Shown here: one piece after another, positions 46,985-52,859 of the stretch
How the letters are laid out: the number at the start of each line of letters is the position of its first letter
How positions within the stretch are numbered: position 1 is the stretch's first letter
Virus record (IMG/VR): IMGVR_UViG_3300011114_000478
Coordinates: 1-52,859 of that record
Strand: one strand, 5' to 3'
From: a virus
Taxonomy: Duplodnaviria; Caudoviricetes
DNA: 52,859 nt
Position numbers and translations under genes: made by a program
The notes under the pieces: model-generated
Databases searched by the model: none
Told to the model about the DNA's origin: nothing
Seen by the model: only the letters and a program-made list of their open reading frames with translations

Positions 46985-48609
46985 TGGCTGACGATATTCA
47001 AGGCGGGTTAAACGCAGTCACTCAACCTGAAGAACCTATTACACCTGCTGTACAAGAAACTTCAGAAGAAGCTCTTTACAAAGGTGACGCTACTGAGCGA
47101 TTAAGAAAGCAAAGACTTGCTTATGATCAGCATCTTCAAAAGATGATTGAAAGCTTCAAAGGTAGAACAGCTAATCTAGGATATGATCCTAAAATGTTAG
47201 CGCTATCTAAAGGTTTCCTAACGCCTGGTAAGACAGGTAACTTCTTTGAGAGCTTAGGTAGTGCTTTTGAAGGTTACGGTCAAGCCGCGCAAGAAGAACA
47301 AAAATTAAAACTAGAAGATGAATTGACTAGAGAAAAGCTTTTAGGTTTGCAACTCGGTCAAACAGAAAAAGACTATGCGCTTGAAAAAGAATTAAAAGGC
47401 AAACAGTATTTACAAGATATAGTATCAGGCAAAATTGGCAGAACAGGCGCTCCAACAACTGTAGCTCGTACAGAAAAGTTATCTGTACCTGACGCATATA
47501 GCCTCATTGAAGGAGCACAAGACCCAAGAAGTGGCGTAAGAATTACTAAAGAAATGATTGTAGCCGCTCCGACAAAAGAGACACAAGCTATTTTAGAAAA
47601 GCTTTATGACAATCAACAAAAAGAACTTGAGCTTGAACAAAAAGAATTTGGCTCAACAAAAATAACTTTACCTGTCATTGGTGAACCAACAGAAAACATT
47701 ACCATCAAACAAGCTAAAGAAATTGAAAAGTTAGATAGAGCAACAAGAGATATGCCTATTGAAGAGCGTACAGCTATATTTAATCAGTATTACCAAGACA
47801 AAGGTATTTTAGGTAGAAGACCTGTCGTATCCCCAACAGGAAAAACAACTGAGCAATTTGAAACTCCACAACAAAGAGCAACAAGAGTTGAAGGCGAAAA
47901 AGAAACAGTCAAAGAAACTGCAAAAGCAAACGTAAAAGATATTGAGTTTCTTGAAACAAGGCGTGATAGCGCTGTCGATCAAATTAATGATGCTAAAGCT
48001 GTTTACACGATTGCAACTAACCCACAAACTAAAAATGCGTTTGGTATCTTAGCCAAGCCAGGCGTTGCAACAGCATTCGGCGAATTAATTCGTGAACCAC
48101 TTAAATTTGGTGACATCAGCGTAGGTGTTTCTAATATTGAAAACATTATTCGTAAGGCAGGTGGTACGCAAGAAGAGATTAACGCTGCGGCTATTGTTGC
48201 TAGAAACATAGCTAAACTTGAATTAGGTTTCAGTCAAGCGTTTAAAGGTCAAGGTCAAGTATCTGATAACGAACGACTCATTGTGCGTAACGTAGGTCCA
48301 CAAATTTCAGACAATCCAAAAGTAGCCGCGCTCAAAGCAGAAAGTATTATTGCACGCGCTGAGTTCGATAATGCTATGGCAACCAAATTTGCACAGTGGC
48401 AAGAGTCTCATCCAAATGGTACTGTAAGACAATTCAAGGGATCGCCTGAATATAATACAATTAAGGTAGGTTACGATAATAAGCTTGGTAATCTATTATC
48501 TAAATACGGTATGACGCCTGCACGAGTAGGAACTGAAAAGTCAACATCAGAACCTAAAAAAGGCGGAAGTCTTTGGGAAGCTATACAAAGAGCTAAGGAA
48601 AGTGAATAA
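46984..48609 (+). CDS. Probable ejection protein
   Basis: Helical; GQGQVSD.ER motif; position in the ejection cluster. Confidence 0.65.
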   Translation: MADDIQGGLNAVTQPEEPITPAVQETSEEALYKGDATERLRKQRLAYDQHLQKMIESFKGRTANLGYDPKMLALSKGFLTPGKTGNFFESLGSAFEGYGQAAQEEQKLKLEDELTREKLLGLQLGQTEKDYALEKELKGKQYLQDIVSGKIGRTGAPTTVARTEKLSVPDAYSLIEGAQDPRSGVRITKEMIVAAPTKETQAILEKLYDNQQKELELEQKEFGSTKITLPVIGEPTENITIKQAKEIEKLDRATRDMPIEERTAIFNQYYQDKGILGRRPVVSPTGKTTEQFETPQQRATRVEGEKETVKETAKANVKDIEFLETRRDSAVDQINDAKAVYTIATNPQTKNAFGILAKPGVATAFGELIREPLKFGDISVGVSNIENIIRKAGGTQEEINAAAIVARNIAKLELGFSQAFKGQGQVSDNERLIVRNVGPQISDNPKVAALKAESIIARAEFDNAMATKFAQWQESHPNGTVRQFKGSPEYNTIKVGYDNKLGNLLSKYGMTPARVGTEKSTSEPKKGGSLWEAIQRAKESE

Positions 48610-48611
48610 CT

Positions 48612-49853
48612 ATGGAAATGGATTTCACAAAAGTTAAGCTTAATAAAGAACAACAAAATAACGCGTTCTTAATTGGCTCTAAAGCGCAAGAGGTAGGCAT
48701 CGATCCTGATCTTGCATTGGCTTTTGCTTGGCGTGAAAATAAATTTCAAACTAAAGGTAAATCTCCTAAAGGTGCTACAGGTGTTATGCAAGTCATGCCT
48801 GCTAACGCCAAAGCGTATGGTTACGCCGTAGAAGATTTACAAGATCCTAATCACAACATAGATATTGGATTAAAACTATTTAAAGAAAATTTAGATATGT
48901 TTGATGGCAATGAAAGAGCTGCGCTTGTTGCTTATAACGCCAATCCTAACGTAGCTAAACGCTATTTAAAAAATGGTGAAGATCCTAATGTTATTCCTGA
49001 AGAGACTAGAACATATTTAGAAGACATTCATAGCGTGCGTCCATTAGTAGCTACAGGTGAAGTAGCGCAAGTTGAAGATGAAAATTTTACACCTGTAGAA
49101 CCTCTGCCTGAGCATTTAGATGCAGAACCAAAAACTCTTGAAGAAAGAAGTCCTATTGACAAAGCAATACTTCCTGCGACAGGAGCAGGCTTAGGTACAG
49201 CAATAGGCTTTGGTGAATACATGGGTAATAAGCCTAAAGCATCTGCTACAGGCGTACCTCCAACCGATCCTAGATTTGGCACACAACCTGAGTTTGGCAC
49301 ATCAGGTCGCGCAAGAGAAGCGGGATTTAATTTAGAGACTCAACGTCGAGCAGAACAAGCCGCGAAAAATAAAGAAATTATTGAGCGTATGAGAAGGTCA
49401 GGCATTATCCTTCAAGATAGCCCTGTATTAAAGATGGGTCCTTTAACGTCTACAGATACAGGTTTATTAGTACCTCCACAAGCTTTAGCTGAAAAAGAAG
49501 TCAAGCCACTTACAAGAGGTCAAAGATTTAAAGAAGGACTGAAAGCACTTCCAAGAGGTATTGGTGAATTTATTGGAAAGCATTCACGCGTTACAGGTCC
49601 ATTAGCAGGCTTAGGCGCAGGATACTCGGCTGAACAAGCTAGAGAAAGATTTGAAAAAGGTCAGATTGGTGGTGGATTATTATCTGCCGCTGAAGCACTT
49701 ACAGCAGGTACGGCACTTACACCCGCAGTTCCCGCTCCCGTAAGAGGTGTTGCAGGCGCGTTAAGCATTCCGTTAGCAGGCGCTGAATACTTGTATAGTA
49801 AGTATGGTCCTCAATACGAAAGTGTCACTAAACGCTTCCCGTCTAAAGACTAA
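48612..49853 (+). CDS. Virion protein with N-terminal lytic transglycosylase (SLT) domain
   Basis: REN.F....SPKGA.GVMQVMP, NI..G, AYNA, ET..Y. Confidence 0.88.
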   Translation: MEMDFTKVKLNKEQQNNAFLIGSKAQEVGIDPDLALAFAWRENKFQTKGKSPKGATGVMQVMPANAKAYGYAVEDLQDPNHNIDIGLKLFKENLDMFDGNERAALVAYNANPNVAKRYLKNGEDPNVIPEETRTYLEDIHSVRPLVATGEVAQVEDENFTPVEPLPEHLDAEPKTLEERSPIDKAILPATGAGLGTAIGFGEYMGNKPKASATGVPPTDPRFGTQPEFGTSGRAREAGFNLETQRRAEQAAKNKEIIERMRRSGIILQDSPVLKMGPLTSTDTGLLVPPQALAEKEVKPLTRGQRFKEGLKALPRGIGEFIGKHSRVTGPLAGLGAGYSAEQARERFEKGQIGGGLLSAAEALTAGTALTPAVPAPVRGVAGALSIPLAGAEYLYSKYGPQYESVTKRFPSKD

Positions 49854-50194
49854 AGTTCTTTTGGGTCAAACCCATAAATAGCAGCTATCTTAGCTGTCCA
49901 AGCTTTAAACGTCTTATCATGTTTGTCATAGTGTGACTTACCTTCTAGGTAAAGTAACATATGCACCATTTCATGAATGATGGTCTTACATATATTTTCG
50001 AAGTGATCTTGTCTTGCTAGTGACACGGTGATGCGATGTGGCTCAGGTTCATACTCTCCAAGCACATCCTCTCGGTCTGATATGATCCATTTAATCTGTG
50101 AAGGTCTAGGCATTTCAATCTTGTCGAACGGAGGTAGTTTACATAGCAATGTGTAAATTGCTTTGCAGTGCTCTTCTGTTCGTAAGACTGTCAT
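49850..50194 (-). CDS. SprT-like zinc metalloprotease domain protein
   Basis: TIIHEMVH.......H...F. Confidence 0.75.
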   Translation of the reverse strand: MTVLRTEEHCKAIYTLLCKLPPFDKIEMPRPSQIKWIISDREDVLGEYEPEPHRITVSLARQDHFENICKTIIHEMVHMLLYLEGKSHYDKHDKTFKAWTAKIAAIYGFDPKEL

Positions 50195-50397
50195 GTTTTA
50201 TACCATCTCCAAGTTTTGCTGTGCATACCTGCTTTGACCTTTGGCGGTAGTTTAATTAACCCCAAAGCCTCTAATTCATCAAGCTTATGATTGTTGATAC
50301 CTGTTGCTATTTTAATGCCATTGCGAGTTGTATTTTCGTACTTTTGCATATGCGCATTAACTATTTGCGCTAATTCTTCTACTGTTCTTTTCTTCAT
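50191..50397 (-). CDS. Hypothetical protein
   Basis: ATGA-coupled ORF. Confidence 0.6.
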   Translation of the reverse strand: MKKRTVEELAQIVNAHMQKYENTTRNGIKIATGINNHKLDELEALGLIKLPPKVKAGMHSKTWRWYKT

Positions 50398-50400
50398 TAT

Positions 50401-50616
50401 CTAGTGTATTTGTTTCGGTACTATGACAGTTTGACTATTTAAGTGATCTACAAGGGCATCAAAATCATCTTCGTAACCCTCGGAAGCGCTTAACATTCTC
50501 AATCTTGAATTGATGATCGCACTTAAATCAATCGGATTGATCTTAAAAGACTGCGTTTCCTTCATAAGGAATGCGTCTACATCGTTAGCGATTTGTACTA
50601 TTTGATCGTCGGTCAT
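50401..50616 (-). CDS. Hypothetical protein
   Basis: Coupled ORF in the - strand cluster. Confidence 0.65.
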   Translation of the reverse strand: MTDDQIVQIANDVDAFLMKETQSFKINPIDLSAIINSRLRMLSASEGYEDDFDALVDHLNSQTVIVPKQIH

Positions 50617-50861
50617 CTTGAGTTAAACTTCCCTTCTTCGAAGCATTGTAAATGGCTTTTGATAAAAAGGCGCGGACGCACCTCTTCCCATAATTCACCG
50701 TCAACGCACTTGATGCGTTTGTCTTTGAGTGGCTTCGGTTCAAATTTATTTATTGTGATGTCCACACTTACAAGCATCATAGTGGTAACGGCTACAGTTC
50801 CTATGATACCAAATATCCATTCCCTATTGGTCATATATTTATCCTCAAAATCTATAGACAT
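50613..50861 (-). CDS. Small single-TM protein
   Basis: Hydrophobic segment then C..G.L motif. Confidence 0.6.
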   Translation of the reverse strand: MSIDFEDKYMTNREWIFGIIGTVAVTTMMLVSVDITINKFEPKPLKDKRIKCVDGELWEEVRPRLFIKSHLQCFEEGKFNSR

Positions 50862-51226
50862 TAGTAAAAAATGTGATTATTGATGACTACTTTGATTGGT
50901 TTGCGATGTGCCCATACGGGCTTTGGAATTGATTTTTCATGAAAGTAATTGGCTCCTTTCGATGTGTCGTGCACTTTTAACGACAGTATTTTTTCTGCAA
51001 GTAATATAAAAGGTCTCAGTTCGTAAGAGCCACGCTCAGGTGGCTTTATCTTACCATACCAAGAAAACTGCATAGGTCTTGCCATCTCTGTACAAACTTT
51101 TTTTGGATTAAAGTCAGCGCGTCGATACAAAACCATTCCTACGGCGATTTGACCTGCCTGAGGCTCACCGCGTGCCTCCATGAACATTGTCTGCGCCAAG
51201 CATGTTAGCGCTAGAGTTTCTATCAT
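50861..51226 (-). CDS. SleB-like cell wall hydrolase (Hydrolase_2)
   Basis: CLA...F.EARGE...GQIAV, QFSW, GANYFH, P.W, I.NHIFY; AGGAGG RBS. Confidence 0.88.
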   Translation of the reverse strand: MIETLALTCLAQTMFMEARGEPQAGQIAVGMVLYRRADFNPKKVCTEMARPMQFSWYGKIKPPERGSYELRPFILLAEKILSLKVHDTSKGANYFHEKSIPKPVWAHRKPIKVVINNHIFY

Positions 51227-51262
51227 GATTACCTCCTTTTTAAAGGCTCTTTGCGAGAGAGC

Positions 51263-51490
51263 TTACTTACGATCCTCCAACACTCTTGCTACGTCTTTGT
51301 TGAGTGATCGTACAATCTCCACGCATCGGGCATGCTCCTTCAATCGAACGCTGTCAGAAATCACTTGTTCAATCTTGCGAGCATATTCAATGATGTCTAA
51401 TGGCTCACCTTGTGGATCGGTGTATAGCCCATTAGGATCATTGTTGTCACAGTAAAAAAATATTTGTTTAATTAAGTCTTCGCTAATCAT
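51263..51490 (-). CDS. Hypothetical protein
   Basis: AGGAG RBS, ATGA overlap. Confidence 0.7.
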   Translation of the reverse strand: MISEDLIKQIFFYCDNNDPNGLYTDPQGEPLDIIEYARKIEQVISDSVRLKEHARCVEIVRSLNKDVARVLEDRK

Positions 51491-51783
51491 CTTAACTCCT
51501 GTAGATTTGTATCCTTTAAAAATCTTTTAAGGGATATTCTTATTTTTGCAACAGTAGTTGCTCCTATATTTGGAGTTTTTAATAATGTATTGTCTGTTGC
51601 ATTCATTAAGTCATAAATGGTATTAATTTCAGAAAAATTTTTTAATTCAAATTCAACCATTTTGCTTAAATTTAAAACGTCAATTGGAACTGATCCTAAA
51701 TATTTTTTTTGAGTATAATCTTTATACCACTTTTCAAAATCTAAAAACTCTTCTTTGTTTTTTAATTCTATAAGAATTTTCAT
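51487..51783 (-). CDS. RNA polymerase alpha C-terminal domain-like protein
   Basis: PIDVLNLS.....L....INTIYDL......LLKTPNIG......I...L resembles alpha-CTD. Confidence 0.7.
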   Translation of the reverse strand: MKILIELKNKEEFLDFEKWYKDYTQKKYLGSVPIDVLNLSKMVEFELKNFSEINTIYDLMNATDNTLLKTPNIGATTVAKIRISLKRFLKDTNLQELR

Positions 51784-51799
51784 ACGTTCATCCTTTCGA

Positions 51800-52606
51800 T
51801 TATTTGTATTTATTTTTTAATTGCCAAAATTTTAATAACGAGCAAAACATCTCAAAGCCTCTTTGTAAATCTTCTTCCGACCATTCGATTATTTTGCACA
51901 AACCTGCTTCCGTGCGAGAGACAAAGATGTTGGCACAACGAGCTTTGGGTATACCTAGCCCTACTCGATATGCCGATAATTGCATTAAGTGATCATCATA
52001 GGCTAACACATCCTTAGGATCTGTAAAGTCTTTAGTCTTAATATCAACCACAATACCATTGCCTACAGGGTCATTTGTTGCGTGTAAGTCACATTTTCCT
52101 GCAAAACCAAGCTCATGACCAAAAGAACGCTCAGCAATCCATCCAATTCTTCCATATTGCTCTTCTAACGCACGAACGCATCCTTGGACATGATCTTGAT
52201 ACTTATCATGCGATCTGCCCTCATAGAACGATTCTATAGCTGTATGAATCTCTGTACCAAGATCAGCGGCGTCTCGTCCTTGTTGTTTGGAATCTTGAAT
52301 AATGCGGTCAATATAATCTTGCTCTGACTCACCTTCACGTTTTGTGGATGTAAGAGCCGCCATTAAAACTTGTGTTTGCATCCATGCAACCAATGCAGGT
52401 TTAGCTGACACACCTAAGATAGTAGTAACCGAAGGTATATAGTTATGTTCTCTTGCGTCTCTTAATGTAGTATTGCGCTCCTTACCATTCTTACCTACGA
52501 TTGTATACTGTGGTATACCGTCACGCGTGTACCAATGATTTGATTCAGACGCTCGAACCTTTGGTGGTTCTGACGCATAAAATAAACTTTTGCTCTGCTC
52601 GGTCAT
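51800..52606 (-). CDS. PD-(D/E)XK exonuclease (phage recombination type)
   Basis: PSVTTIL, GT.IH..E, FAGKCD, VVDIKT, QLSAY. Confidence 0.85.
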   Translation of the reverse strand: MTEQSKSLFYASEPPKVRASESNHWYTRDGIPQYTIVGKNGKERNTTLRDAREHNYIPSVTTILGVSAKPALVAWMQTQVLMAALTSTKREGESEQDYIDRIIQDSKQQGRDAADLGTEIHTAIESFYEGRSHDKYQDHVQGCVRALEEQYGRIGWIAERSFGHELGFAGKCDLHATNDPVGNGIVVDIKTKDFTDPKDVLAYDDHLMQLSAYRVGLGIPKARCANIFVSRTEAGLCKIIEWSEEDLQRGFEMFCSLLKFWQLKNKYK

Positions 52607-52608
52607 AA

Positions 52609-52821
52609 TTATCTTTCGGTTAAAAATCTGTTAAGTTCTTTTGAGTACCATTCTATCTTGCCTGAATCTTCGCTTGATTCACCTTTAAGACCTATGCGAC
52701 TTGTGTATTTAAAAATATTGCCACGCAAGTAACCAACATACTCCTCAGGCGACAGCTTGGCTCGAATATACTCAATCGTCTCTATACCTCCTTGGGTATA
52801 ATGAGGTGGGTGATTGATCAT
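52609..52821 (-). CDS. DUF3310 (SaV/T7 gp1.7-like) protein, 5' end probably outside the window
   Basis: INHP.HY..GGIE.I, G...GN..KY..R...KG...D..K..WY; frame stays open to the window edge. Confidence 0.85.
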   Translation of the reverse strand: MINHPPHYTQGGIETIEYIRAKLSPEEYVGYLRGNIFKYTSRIGLKGESSEDSGKIEWYSKELNRFLTER

Positions 52822-52859
52822 GTCAGGTTTTGGCTTGTCTTTATTTTCTTTATCTATTT

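Larger units (their letters stand above)
1..52859. mobile_element. Tailed dsDNA bacteriophage genome segment (podovirus-like module order), probable Methylophilaceae host
   Basis: Terminase, portal, capsid, fibres, lysozyme and ejection-type proteins; dense coupled ORFs; no housekeeping genes; host inferred from the PqqA sequence. Confidence 0.95.

Noticed and set aside
51800-52606. Cas4 / CRISPR function
   Set aside because: No Fe-S cysteine cluster pattern; fits ordinary phage PD-(D/E)XK exonucleases
1-52859. Avoidance of GCWGC, GATC or GGCC; alternative genetic code
   Set aside because: All three motifs occur repeatedly (mild GCWGC bias cannot be judged by eye); genes are intact under code 11 with all three stop codons used

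Overview
This window is most of the genome of a tailed dsDNA phage with a podovirus-like gene order; no host genes, integrase, tRNA or CRISPR array were seen. On the + strand it runs from replication/recombination genes (SF4 helicase, RusA, Ref-like nuclease) through a DNA-modification pair and an early region (strong sigma70 promoters, ArdC-like gene). It continues through terminase, a 1220-aa multidomain protein, portal, GroES, scaffold, Mu-gpT-like capsid, adaptor and fibre genes, then an AT-rich hydroxylase/sulfation island, lysis, tail and ejection proteins. The last 3 kb holds convergent - strand genes. Main observations: (1) a cytosine-C5 DNA methyltransferase-family gene whose motif X reads GRAV instead of GN[A/S]V is translationally coupled to a CmoA-like carboxy-SAM-synthase homolog, suggesting DNA carboxymethylation; it also carries an EcoHK31I-beta-like ORF in an alternative frame. 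(2) CCGG and CCAG/CTGG are almost absent except as CCWGG. (3) A 23-aa pqqA gene missed by the ORF track points to a Methylophilaceae host. (4) A recurrent [hydrophobic/K]-x-x-G-G tag punctuates many virion-associated proteins. (5) A pseudoknotted RNA element follows the capsid gene. All calls come from reading motifs by eye; no searches or counts were run.
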